Assembly (NCBI GenBank): GCA_047967505.1
Contig: CM106538.1
From: Dipteris shenzhenensis
Taxonomy: Eukaryota
Direction: 5' to 3' (one strand)
DNA: 64,000 nucleotides
Of the stretch, positions 1 to 12,807 are shown in pieces. Made by a program: the position numbers and the translations under genes. Numbering within the stretch: the stretch's first letter is position 1; every line of letters begins with the position of its first letter. The notes under the pieces are model-generated. The model was not told the DNA's origin. It worked only from the letters and a program-made list of their open reading frames with translations, and ran no database searches.

Positions 1-499
1 GCATGCATCGGCATGCACTCAGGCGAAGGTTCAGAAGGAGAGTGTAGTGGTGAGGCGTCACATTTGCGACTTTCAAGATCAGCTCCATCGGATGCAGACA
101 GATCCCCAACACCCTGCTTTTACGGTTGAGCAAGTGTGGAAATCCCTGTGAAGAATCTCATCCAGTGGTCTTAGCAGCACATTCTGCACTTGCTATCTTT
201 CCAGTAGGCATGCATGCAAACCTACTCGCAAGGCCCTCCTGATCCTTTGACACCAACAATACGGTTATGACGAAGGAGGAGTGATCCCGAGCATGGAGAC
301 GTTATGCCTCAAGGTTCTCCAGGTAGAGTTGACCGTCGTCAAGGAACGCCTTGACAATCACTCTCACCACCTAGGTTGTGTTTAAGGCAACAGGTATGGG
401 TCTCGTTGGATGGACACACTGTGTTGAGTGCATCCTCATCTTTGACAGTGGTTTTGGTTGCTTCACGCAACCTCTTTGGTCAAGGAGTACCATCAAGAG

Positions 500-3400
500 G
501 AGGAGCACCAAATGTTGGAGGTGCAGCAATGGCGGGTCAAGTCAAGTATGCCAAGTTTTTGGGGAAAAAATCCAATGACCCAGATGCTCATGTCTGACAG
601 TTTGAAAAGGTGTATGCGGTCAACAACCCGCCACCCATGGTACCACTTCGATAAGAGGCAGTGTTCGAATCAGCCTTGGTAGGCAAGGTGTCAAGGTGGC
701 TTGTAGAGTATGCGGTGGACCAATTCACTACATGTGATCTCGTCCACACCGCATTCTTGAGACGGTTTCATAAAGAGAAAATGATACTGCAAACTCTGGA
801 AAGACTATGGATCAGGGAGATCAAGATGTGGAGGATTATGCATCCCAATTCAATTTACTTATGCAATGCATGCCACAAGAGAATTGGTTTACTCAAGAGG
901 TGCTGAACGACTGCTTCATTTTGAGGTTGTCTCAGGAATTGCGGACAGCATTGGCTTTGGTGGATCAGACACAAACGGGACTCACGACGGGGCACAAGCG
1001 GTGCGAATAGGAGAATCTCTGCATGGCAGGGTGGCCAAGAACCACAAGTCCTCAAAAAGCAAAGCCAAGAAGAAATTGGCAAAATCTAAGAAGTTTGATG
1101 ATAGCGATGAAGATTCGGACGCTGATAGCTCCAAAGAGAACTCTAAAGAAACCAGTACGGAGGAGTTCGACTTGGAAGCGATGAAGAAGAAGACTTGGCA
1201 AGCCTCTAAGGTTGCTCCAGTGGCTTTGGATATGGATCAGTTGTTGTCAAAGGTTTGAAAGGCTTCTAGTACACTCACTACCAGAATCCAAGTCATTCAT
1301 CAGTGGAGTGCACCCTCAATGAGAATTGGTGTGCGATATGCTTGACCAACACCGACAACACAGCAGGCTACCACTACAACAGTCATGGCCAACGAACAAT
1401 TATTCAATAGCAGGATCTGGGGGCATCTTATGTGCAAGAGGAGCAACCCCAATCGTCGTTCCAATGAGGCCATGGTAGCGGTGGTGGCCACGAACACGGG
1501 GTGGTGATCATGGCCAAAATTGACCGAAAACATGCTTGTTCTGCTTGGAAGAAGGCCATTGGCGGAATGAATTGCTTGGACACTCAAGAATGGGATCGGC
1601 AACGAGTAGAGTGGCAAAAGTTTATGGGAAAAATGCTGAGTACCTCCATGGTGCACATTGTGGAGAATGACCCATTGGTATGCCCGGAGATTAGTATTAT
1701 CACCTGTGCGGGTACAAAGCTGCACGGGCCGCGACCACCAAGAAAGGTGGCAAGCTATTGGATTGGTCAATACAGGAGCAAGTACAACTACAAGTCCGAG
1801 ATTTGGTGACGGAGGAGCCACCCTTGATGAAGCTAGCCAAGTCCTAAAAGGCACCCAAAGGATCATGCAAGGTATAGTTTGCAAAGCCGATTGTTCAACC
1901 AAAGTCGGAGATTACACAAGGGAAGTTCAAAGTTCACTTATCGAGGAACGGTCTGAAGGTTGTCAAAGAACCTCCATTGTTGGTGGCTAATCAAGCCAAG
2001 AAGCGAGCAATTTCTCCACAAAGGGAGCTAGGATTGGAATGCATTCTGGAAGCATCGATCCAGATTTCATTGGGTAGATTACTCAACTTGGTACCTAGAT
2101 TCCACCATTAATTGTTGCACTCTTTCCACAAGGAATCGGAGCCGGAAGAGGTGGATCTGTGCCAAGCTGATTCCTCTCTAGTACCGGTAGTTCCTCTGAT
2201 GAACATGAGAATTCTGATGATAATAGCAAAAGCACAAGGCCGGACGTTCCCACAGGTTCTAGTGGATGGAGGTTCGGGGGTCAATATAGTCACCTTAAAA
2301 ACCTGCCAGGAAATGGGATGGATGTCCTGGGAACCGGCGCCATTCCTAGTCTGCATGGTAGATCAATGCCTAGTTAGACCACTCAGAATCTTATGGGCAG
2401 TAGTCTTGGAGGTGGCGGGCATCTCATTCGTGGTCTCATTCATGGTGCTAAATATGGAAGCCCTGACACCATAGTATAATGTACTCTTGGGCAGGCCCTG
2501 TCTGCAGCAAAGCAAAGGTCAATCAGAACTGGGAGTATAACATCATCTCTGTGCGGAGAGGCAAGAAGAAGGTGCGGGTCACAATGGGAGTAGCAGCACC
2601 CTTGGTAGATGTGGTTTGACCAGTGTTGGCCGAGACTGTGAACATGGTGGATGGACTGGAGGATGATAAGGAGGAAGCCTTCCTCAAAGCTAATGCAAAG
2701 TTGGTCTGGATATTCATCATTGATGTGGAAAGCATTACGGAGCAATACTTGCATCAAAATCTTTTTGCGGGGTCCATCAGCACAGTCCAAGAGGAGGTGG
2801 CCGAGCAACAGCAAGCAGCAGTTGATATGGATTTGCAGGATCTCCTACAGAGCAAGAGAGGGAATTTGAGGAATGAATGAGCCGAATCACACGGTTGTAA
2901 GAAGATGCATTGGATATGGTTTTTCTGGGGGATGATGGTGCATCTAAGCCAGTCAAAACTAGCACTTTACTACTGATGGCCAAATTTCAAAGTGAACTGA
3001 TAGCTCCGCTGAAGGATTTCTCCAATGTGTTCGCTTGGGACTATGCTGATTAAATAAAAAATTTTACCAGCATCGAGTTAATATGAAGCCGTATGCGACT
3101 CCGACCAAGATACAACAATATCGCATGAATCCGCATGTGGCCAAACAAGTGCGAGAGGAGTTGGAGCACTTACTGCCAGTGGGATTCATAGCACCAATCC
3201 AGAATCTGGAATGGATTTCACCTATTTTCATCATGCCAAAGAAAAATAAGAAATCACACATTTGTGTGGATTACCGCAAGCTGAACGTGGCCATGGTACC
3301 AGATCCCTTTCCTCTACCATACATGGATTCCATGCTGGATGAAGTGGCGGGTCATGAGGTATACTCATTCATGGATGGGTATAGTGGATACAATCTAATC

Positions 3401-4390
3401 AGGATGGCTCCTGAAGACCAACCCAAGACAGCATTCATCACGTCGTGGGGAGTCTGTGTGTATAGTCATGTGGTTCGGATTGTGAAATGCTCCCTCCAGT
3501 TTCTAGAGAGCAATGCAGGAGATTTTCGGCTCATACTTGATGGACTTCATGCGGATCTTCCTAGATTATCTCAACATGTTCGAAACCTTCACCGAGCACC
3601 TGGAGCATTTGCGAAAGTGTTTCCAATGATGTAGGGAGGTTTCTTTTAGCTTGAACCTTATGAAATGTGCATTTGCGGTATGTAGCGGGTGGCTTCTAGG
3701 TCGCATCATCTCGACGGAGGGAATTGCGGTGGATCTCGATAAGGTTGTAGTGATTATGCAAGTGCTTGCACCAACAATGCCTAAGGAGTGCTTGTGCTTC
3801 CTGGGGTAGATCCGATGGCATGGCAGACATTTGCGGTTCCTGGCTCTTACTAGAGATTCCCTTGAATGCACTTACTCCTATGGAACCAAAGGCATTTTTG
3901 TGGACCGCGGAGTGTGACAAACCTTACCGTGGCAACTCAAAATCTAACTTTCAAGAGCATCAGTGCTAATGTCTCCCAATTGAGAGAAGAATCTTCATGT
4001 ATTTGTTGATGCTTCGGATAGGGCTATTGGTAGTGTCTTGATGCAGGAAGATGTGGACAAATGGTATTGCCCAGTCTACTACTCAAGCTGACGGCTCTCA
4101 ACTACTGAAAAGAATTATTATGTCATGGAAAGAGAAGGACTGGGCATGATTTATTCAATCAAAAAATTCTGGCATTACTTGTTGGGCCGACCTTTCGTGT
4201 TCCATGTTGATCATTCTGCATTGATGTACTTAGTGAAACAAAAAAATCTTACGGGTCGATTGGCACATTGGGTATTGTTGCTACAGGAATATGAATTTGA
4301 TGTTATTCATCAGTCAGGCTCGCACCAAGTGGTAGCAGACTCCTTATCTTGACTGGAGTCTGGGGAGCTGCCAACGGGAGTGGAAGATGA
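500..4390 (+). mobile_element. Degenerate Ty3/gypsy gag-pol (gag, protease, RT, RNase H), truncated before integrase
   Basis: Protease VLVDGGSGVNI (~2255-2290); RT ICVDYRKLN, DPFPLPYMD, SFMDGYSGYN, DQPKTAF (ORF 3083-3634); RNase H FVDASD, EREGLGMIYSIKKFWHYLLGRPF, VVADSLS (~4000-4350). Many stops and frameshifts; PR-RT-RH order; no LTR located. Confidence 0.9.
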
Positions 4391-4409
4391 ATTTCCTTCT
4401 AACTTAAAC

Positions 4410-4870
4410 CCACCACAAGCCAACATATTTACCTCCTCTTGGGTAAGTTTTGTGGCTTTATCCACGGGCCAATATACAAGGAACTCTTGTAGGCATAGGG
4501 GCAATGTTGTTGTCCACACCCAAAGTATGTGTACATAAGGTATTACAAAGCCACATCATTTGTGTTGTGGCTCCACCATTTGGGTACTTCCTCATTGAAA
4601 AGAAGCTGAGTGCAGGACAACCATTCCTTGACTTAGATATAGTCTCATTGCACTTTTTCCTCTCTAGTATCCATCCTAGTCACTTGATATGACTTCCAGC
4701 TCTTGTTCTCCTAATCGACCAAAATGCTTGGTTCACTTCCCTCTCCACCACAATCTCTGCATCCTCATGATCAACAAGTTTTCTCCCTGGGCAACCTTTA
4801 GGTTGATGATCTTCAATGACATGGTAAAATTCAAGCCTATGGATTCTCCCCTCTTCAACATCTATCACTA
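4410..4870 (-). pseudogene. Degenerate coding fragment, possibly the C-terminal part of the MULE-like transposase at 6540-7620
   Basis: Minus-strand peptide QAFWSIRR...KKCNETISKSRNGCPALSFFSMRKYPNG...MWLC on the same strand, downstream of the transposase; the family link is from recollection only. Confidence 0.3.
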
Positions 4871-6539
4871 TTTTTTGCTTTCACTGTCTGTGCCACTTTA
4901 GATTGCTTATCTGCTCTTGCTTCACTAGCCCTCTTTGCAAGCATGGCCCTTGACCTATGTGCTTTCCCCTTTCATAAAAATATGTGCAAGCTATCCCTTG
5001 TTGACCTATATGCTTGGCCCTTGACTTATGTGATTTCCCCTTTCATAAACATATTTCTTTGCACTTTGAATCAAGGCAGATACAACTGCATCATATAAAC
5101 TAATTTTTCCCTTGAAACCCTCTCTATCTAGCCAACTATGATGCTTGCTTTCAGACATATTTCATATTGGAGTGCATCTTGAATTAGCATTATTAATGAC
5201 TTGTATTAGGAGAAAACAAAATCCAATATGAATGACGGGTGCTAGCATAGCAAAAACAAGGGTGGGCCTAGATACAAGTGAGAACTTACCACTCCTTTAA
5301 GCTCTCCCCAATCGTGGATCCCCACATTCCACCAACTCAGCCAACTTTCTATATATTGTAGCTCCTTCTTGTTTAATTTTGACTGTGGTGCATTCTATAT
5401 ATTGTAGCTCCTTCTTGTTTAATTTTGGATAATGCCACCATAGTTAGATTGCTTGAGACATCTTTTTAGCATCTTCTTTTGTTGTGGCTTTCCTCCATTC
5501 TCACACATCTCCTTATGTTCAGTTTGACCCTCCTTCACAATGTATGCCTGCATATGACAAACTAGAATTTTCTCACAATGGAATATACATGATCACTCTC
5601 ATGTATGCCTATGTATGACAAACTAGAATTTGCTCACAATGAAATATACATGATCACTCTCATCCATCCATGACATTGTCTATACCCCCATTAAAGACAT
5701 CACATAGCCTACCAATTTGCTTGGGCTTCATCAGCCATAAACCTAAAGAAATATGCTTTTTTATTCCGTGACCATACCATCACTTCATCTCCCAAAAAAT
5801 AATCGGTGCTTCTATATCTTCTTCTTTCATCTTGCATGTGGCTATAGTGTCCTAGTTCCTCCTAATCGCTCCTTTTCAATTAATTTTAGTGCTCACCCTC
5901 GTGCCCTCTTGTTAAATAACCGATTCACTCATGCTCCCTTCTCTCGCTTCCCTCCATCATCGCCACCTCTACCCATGTCCTTTCTCACTACACTCCTCCA
6001 CCATAGCTCACACCTCTCTCTATTTTGCTTCGCCATAGCTTCATCCCTCTCAGCTCCCTGAAAAGCTTCGATTTTACACTTAGGCTTTAAGAAAGCTTCA
6101 GTAGAGAGGGTTTTTGCCCTTTCTTGGCTCCATTAAGCACCTAGGGAAATCGGTTGTTGCCCATTCTTCCCTTCTCTCCACAGCTCAAGTGTATCTCCCT
6201 CCCCTCCCTATATAGGCGCTCATAGCGTAGAAACCTCTCGAATGAACTTTCTAGAATGAAAGTTCAGGAATGCCATCAATTGCCTTATCATCAATTCACT
6301 TATGTTAATTTCATTTAATAAGCCCTCATCGTCCTTTGCTTAGGTTAATTGCCATCCCCATATAAACTAATTAATTTAATAGGGGCATTCTATCGACTAG
6401 GGGGACCTATTATGAGTAGCTCCTGCAAGCTTCACAATGACAAAGCAACATTGAATGCTGGTGGCAATGCATTACTAACAATATTGACAATGCATTACAT
6501 TACTAGCACCCAATGCAAGAGAATATATGAGCATTATAG

Positions 6540-7620
6540 TACCTTGAATCATTAACATGACAAGCTAAGGTGGTCCACCCAAGTACTCATCTGGTATGGT
6601 CAAACATCACCCAAGCACATTTCAAATCACCACTCCCACATCGATTCATGCGATATACCAAATCCACACCTAAAGCTAACCCTTTTGTTGACACTTTAAA
6701 TATGAAGCAATGATCCTTCTCAAACCCTTGCCTTGGAACTTGACGACATTGGAAAAAGTCATATATCAACTTTCTCTTTGACTCTAGGATGCTATCTAGG
6801 CCATCACCTCCTGGTAATGTTTTCCTACTTGCTCTGCCAACCCTTCTTTGCAAGCTACACATCAATAACCACATTAATATATGAATAGAAGGGACTGAAA
6901 AAAATAAAAAAATTTTAAATATAATATGATAATTTTCACCTTTTGGTTTGCGCTAATGGCAACAATTCATCTAAGAAGTTACATAGTTCCAAGTATCCAA
7001 ATATGTCCCCATCTTTGTATGAGGCATTCATCACCATATCGTAGATTAGATCCTTGTAATTTCCATTTGAACTTTGCAGGGGCTAGCACTTCTATGTGTT
7101 TTGATGACATCCTCCACTAGTGCATGTATATTTTTCATGTTCTATCTAGATGTTCCCATTTGGACCTCATGCATTTGAACACCCACATGCATCATCAATC
7201 TTGTAAGTAAAGTTCCCTTGGCATGATGTAATATACATAACACAAACATGAACCAATGCATTTTATAACTTTCTTGCAAAAATGGCAAGTTAAGACACTT
7301 CACTTTGTTGTAGCTAGGTCACCTAAGTCACACTTTTTGATAAAAGGCATTTGAAAATAGCATTGTTAACTAAACCCTTGTTCATCAAATGGGGGCATGA
7401 AGGATTGCAACATTAAAATACCCTTGCATAATAGGCAACTCAAACCACTCTGTTGAATGCAACATGGTTTGTGACAACCCTTGTCCATGTGTGACCATCA
7501 TACTTTTGCTCCATCCCCTCCATTCTTGTGCCTTGGCTTGATGGTGGTGGTAGCTCAAACACACAATCACCATTGTAGGTTCTAGGAATCTCTTCAACTC
7601 GAGCAATCTTTGTGTCTTGC
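6540..7620 (-). pseudogene. MULE-like transposase relic with N-terminal GCM-like zinc DNA-binding domain
   Basis: Manual translation: PRTYNGDCVFELPP..MEGMEQKYDGHTWTRVVTNH..CCNPSC..LTCHFCKKVIKCIGSC, then GVDLVYRMNRCGSGDLKCAWVMFDHTR*VLGWTTLACHV. In-frame stops present. Confidence 0.6.
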
Positions 7621-8671
7621 TAATCAACTTTCCTAAGACAGTCAATCCATACCTTGATCTTATAAGTGGGATGACAATAGATTCCTCTCAACACTTTCTA
7701 GATTCCTCTTGACACTTTATAGAAGTCTTGGCAACATCCAATTTTATTGGATTGTTGCCAATAGTATTGTCCTGTGGTGGTAGTGTGAGACCAATCTCTT
7801 CAGCATCACTTGATAGACCCTATTCGTTTGGAAACGACATCATCCAATCTTCTTGGATTGTTGCAAACTATTTCCCTGTGGTGGTGGTGTGAGATCAAAC
7901 CCTTCATCTTCACTTAATTGTCCTAGGTGAACAAAATCAATACTTGGTGTCCTTGAAGCGCTAGGGAGATCCTCCATTGAGCTTTATTTCTTTGCAAGTT
8001 GCACCATGTACCTTTCTGTAAGGCTACTATCAACAACGTAATGAGAATTTCCTTCTAGAACAATGTGTTGTGGTAGTGGGAACACTGATTTAACATCATT
8101 GTCACATTGAATCACTATGCTCAGCCCAATGACGGTGTCATTTCCCATAACTTGGCATTGTAAAAAGGCCATGGGGATGATACACTTTCCCTTGGTTAGA
8201 GGAACTTGTATTGGGGATGCTTTGCCATCCTCAATTCTATAGTGGCGTCCTTCAACATAAGAGAGATTCGAAAAAAAGAAAGACTAGCTCTACACCCAAA
8301 AAATAGACAAAGGAAAACAAGAGAGATGAGTGAGAGGAGGCAATGATGAGCTCTGCAACCCAAATAAAAGAAATAACAAGGGAATTGAGTAAGAGGAAGA
8401 AATGAAGAGCTCTGTGGCCCCCGATCGGGACTCAAAATGACAAACTTTACCAACCACATGAAAAGAGAAAAGGGACGATAGGATTACACCCTCAAAAGAC
8501 ATAGGAACGGCATGCTCTAGAACTTGAAATGGCAAACTCTGCAACCCTATTGGACTAGAAATGATGAACTCTGCCAACCATAGGAAAAGATAAAGTGGAC
8601 AACAGGACCACACCCTGAAAAGACACAGGGAAGGTGCGCTCTGCAACTCGAAAAGACAAAGGAGTGTTACA

Positions 8672-8765
8672 TATTTAGCAAAACGTTTTAAAATTCAAAA
8701 GACGTTTAGCAAAACATTTTAAAATTTAAAACGTTTTAGCAAAATGTTTAGTATAATGTTTTAAA
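8672..8765. repeat. Short tandem repeat (TTTAGCAAAACRTTTTAAAATT-like)
   Basis: Three to four degenerate copies visible directly. Confidence 0.7.
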
Positions 8766-8809
8766 TTCCCTAGGGCCCCACATAATGTTTTTACAGTTAC
8801 TGTCCCTTT

Positions 8810-9140
8810 CTCTCTAAACTCTCTTCCACTTCGATTTCACACTCCACTCTCTTCCTTTCTTCTCCTCCTTGATTCCTCTCCTCCATGACTCCTTCACCCA
8901 CTCCTCTCCTTCTCGACTCCTCTCCTCCATGCACTCCTTGATTCCTCGACTCCTTTCCTCCATGACTCCTTACCCACTTCTCTCCTCCTTGAGTCCTCTC
9001 CTCCATGCACTCCTCTCCTCCACGACTCCTCTCCCCCATGCACTCCTCTCCTCCTCAACTCCTCTCCTCCATGATTCCTTCACCCACTCCTCCCCTCCCA
9101 GACTCCTCTCCTCCCTTCACCCTCGACTCCCTTCTCCCTT
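8810..9140. repeat. CT-rich low-complexity minisatellite (CTCCTCTCCTCCATG core)
   Basis: Repeated ctcctctc/ctccatg units; explains the spurious ORFs 8797-9039 and 8869-9189. Confidence 0.85.
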
Positions 9141-9854
9141 GACTACTTGCATGCCCACGAATTGGTATCAACCTCTGGAGAACGATTGAGCTCAGGCCCT
9201 TCTGGTTTGCTCTAGAGTCATAGCATCCTTTGAATTTGTAATGAAGTATGATGTTGTAGTAGAGATGAAGCCAATTTTTTACCCTGGCCAGAGCGAAGAC
9301 TTATTGGCTCTAGCCATGAAAAACAATTTGTGGCCAAGGGAGACATTTGTGGCCCCAGGAAATAAAATTGGCTTTTGTGGAGAATTTTTTTCCATGGCCA
9401 CAAATTGTTATTCCTAGCCAAAACAAAAGACTGAGCTTGATAGCAAGTTGTGTGGATGTTACGCACACTAATGCCATAGTAGTATCATCACATGGGGAAC
9501 CTACTTATTGCTATTGATGGTACAAAACATGATGCTTTTCTCCCTCCATACTTCCCCCATATTTCTTTGAATCCCTTTTCCTTGAGCAACATCCACTACG
9601 ATACGATCATCATTGTTATGCCAATAGAGTGGCATATTAAGATCCATGGATGTAATGACTCTTGCACAAATCATCCCATGCTTCCCCCAAGTCTTGATTT
9701 TTTCCTTACACATCTCTTCAAATTTTTTATAAGCCATTTAAGGAAAAGCATCCAATGATTATGAACGGTTCGAAATGATATGTGCATTACACTGACTTGG
9801 ACTCCTATGAGTCAACAAGCAGATTGGGCATCAGGCATGGAAGAATCAAGCAAA

Positions 9855-10680
9855 TGATTGTACGTGATATGCACAAGAATTGTTATCTGTTTGTTGTACC
9901 AGTGAGCACTTTGTATCTCATCTTGTTCTTAAAATGAATAATTTTCAGCAAAATCTATGACAGAGACAATAGTGTCATGGGGAAAATTGGCAAGGCATGT
10001 CATGAACTGCTTATCTGGCAAGCTGGCTAAGTGAAATTGTGAAGCACATATTTTGGGATGGATTGAACCATGTGACCTATAAGCTCCCTTGGCGTAGTGC
10101 TCTTATATGACAGTAGCCATCTCTTTTTATTGGATCCTTAAACATTGACATTTTCAAATCTCCTCCATTTTAGAGCAACATGGTTGTCTTCCCTCATTTC
10201 ATTTGGACAGACATTGAATGTCTTCTTCTTCAGCTTCAAACTACAATGTTTGCATGTGCCACGAATGCATTCAATGTGGTGCCACTCATGGTCTCAAACC
10301 ATTGGCTTCACGGAGACCTTAGGATACGAAACCTACCCTCCCTTGCAACACATGATGAGGATCTAGGTGGCCTACAAATTGCGCATTCATCGGGGGGGCA
10401 TGGGCATGATCCCCATGGAGCAATGCTCCAACACGACCAGATCTCAAGTTATTCATAGCTTGCCGAGCCAGGTCAAAGTCTATGTGTGTTTTGTAACAAC
10501 AAACATTCTTGTCTTTGAGTTTCTTGATGTACCAGGGCTTACAATGCTAAAAGCTCCTCTGCCCAATTGAAATGACCAGATTCTAATCCATAAAGTTGAG
10601 ATATCGCTATCTGCTGACCCAACATACGGGAACAAAAGAACAGTGAACCCCCTTTTTGCACTACTAGAACAAGACAAAAC
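9855..10680 (-). pseudogene. Sola2-like DDE transposase relic (N-terminal part to first catalytic Asp)
   Basis: Minus-strand translation: HCKPWYIKKLKDKNVCCYKTH (~10490-10545) and QFMTCLANFPHDTIVSVIDFAENYSF*EQDEIQSAHWYNKQITILVHITY (~9860-10010). DF(A/S)ENY..Q.EIQS.HW is recalled as the Sola2-type catalytic block. Truncated after it. Confidence 0.6.
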
Positions 10681-10719
10681 ACTGTCTAATTAAAGTATAT
10701 AATGAAGCAAAACAAATTT

Positions 10720-11645
10720 CAACCACCACGTTGGTTTAGGACAGTCACAATTTCAAGTACTGCTACGGTTTAGGACAATCACAATTTTAGTCACCGAGTT
10801 GGTTAAGGACATGTTTAGGACAATCAACCATTGGGCTGGTTTAGGGCACGTTTAGGATAGTCAACCACCGGGCTGGTTTAGGACACATTTAGGACAGTCA
10901 CAATTTTAACCACCGGGATGGTTTAGGACACTGTCACAATTTCAACCACCAGGCTGGTTTAGTCTGACGTTCTCAACTTGGCATATTAGACAATAACAAG
11001 TATATTGCTTTTTATTTCTAAATTTCACAATTAGAAAATAACAATATATTGCTTTTCATTTCTGAATTTCACAATTTCAATCACAATTTATGTCAGTAAT
11101 TGCTTGCTGTTTGACATCGTGAGCTATTTGTCTTGAACCGGTACTAGGCTGATCACATTAACTCCAAGCCATCCCAGTCTAGAAATAATGCTATATGACC
11201 CGAATAGTAGGAAATTAAATTTAACGAATTTAAGTACTAAAAAACACAATAATTTCAACCATCGGGCTGGTTAATAACTAATGTTTGTTCAACCATGCCG
11301 CTGGTTCATGACAATCACATAGCTGGTGATTGAAATGAAGCAGCCATGCTTGCATGACGTTCCAACCACTAAGCTAAATTAGTAAAAGAGTAGTAAAATA
11401 ACAATATATTGCTGTTAATTTTTGCTCAACCACGCCATCGGGATGGACAACAACTATTGTTTGTTCAACCACACTGGTTCAGGACAATCACATAATTGGT
11501 GATTCTGAACCAGCCTACGGTTGCATGATGTTCCAACCACTGGGCTGGTTTAGGACAATCACATTTAGTCCAAGCCTGGTTTAAGAAATGAAACAAGTAA
11601 ACTATCCCAAAGCTCAATCACAAACAACCACTAGGTTGGTTTAGG
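10720..11645. repeat. Minisatellite / dispersed motif array, core ACCACYGGGCTGGTTTAGGACA
   Basis: About 7 near-tandem copies at 10720-10962 and looser copies to ~11645. Confidence 0.85.
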
Positions 11646-11655
11646 CACCATTGAC

Positions 11656-12750
11656 CTGCATTGTATCTAGCACGTGTATGATGTGCTCCTCAAACACCTT
11701 GCATCCCATCTGCATTTTACAGATTGAGATCTCCTCTTCATATTTCTTGCTAAACTCTTCCTGCAAACTACATCAAGGTTGGTAAATTACATGTGACAAG
11801 TTGGTAGAATCCTTTCTTGAGAAAAGATAACAAGACCCAAATTGAAATACCTTGAATACAAACTACATAAGAATCTCCATGGGTAGGTTATACCATGGAG
11901 TGCATTTCATTCTACTCTCTCTCTCTCTCAAGAGCATCAATTTAATCTTCTTTTTTTCTTCATCGCTAAAGTATCTCATCAATGTTGTCTTGTCTGTGAC
12001 AGACCAAATTTTTGCATAAAGAAAACCTCATGTGCCAATGTGTTTAGCACATGGACTCTACCTAACAGTATTGCATGAAAATGTGAAATTAATATGATGT
12101 GAGATTAGATTAAGGACATTGACACTACCCATCCACTATAAGCAAAAGTAACTAACTTGTTCACCTCTGCAAGGCAAGTAGCACTTCACCCTTTTGGGCT
12201 TTGTCGAATTCCAAAAAATTGACAACAAACATGCACATGGCATGAGCGGGTGCAACAAGATACATTGTACAAATGGCCACAACTTTTTTGAGATTCAAAA
12301 CATATAAATTCTAGTAAAATGTAAAAGGAATACTCAAAAGGACTTACCATTTCTTATTGGCTCCATCCATGCTTTGCAATTGTGATTGCCATCCCAAATA
12401 ACAAACTTTTTTTTGCTCAAATGCCTCCACTCCACACTATCTTGAAGCTCCACCTCAAACCCCTCATTGAATCCCCTCCAAACATTGCCCCACTTCTTTA
12501 AGTCCTCATTTGTAACTTCCATTTCTGGCTCCCTTGGTTTTTTCAAGGATACTAGAAAATTTCGCATGGTCTCACAATATTCCACACTTTCAAGACAAGT
12601 CTGCATAGGGGTATGGGGGGAGGTGGCTTGCCATACTTCACAACAGTTGACTTAATGGCATCTTGCAAAATGTCCCTTTTTATCTCCTTTCCATACCTTT
12701 GTTGAACCTTTCCCTTAGGAGATACCCTCTGTATCACCTCCACTATGTTC
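11656..12750 (-). pseudogene. Spliced gene relic with ParB/Srx-like VIWDGNH motif
   Basis: ORF 12334-12606 has KKFVIWDGNHNCKAW followed by a GT donor; further exon-like blocks at ~12157-12300 (FLEFDKAQKGEVLLALQR), ~11851-12060 (HVLNTLAHEVFFMQKFG..PWYNLP) and 11656-11760 (EEFSKKYEEEI..DTMQ), most with AG/GT borders. Frameshifts and stops present. Confidence 0.55.
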
Positions 12751-12807
12751 ACCTTGTTCTAGAATAGAGTTCAAAGGTTGTGTCTCGATTACTAGAAGAA
12801 ATTTTGG

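Noticed and set aside
1300-1902. 200-aa minus-strand ORF
   Set aside because: Antisense shadow of the gypsy gag region; no recognisable motif.
10720-10965. CRISPR-like repeat array
   Set aside because: Units are degenerate and modular, with no unique constant-length spacers, no cas genes and a eukaryotic context; treated as a minisatellite.
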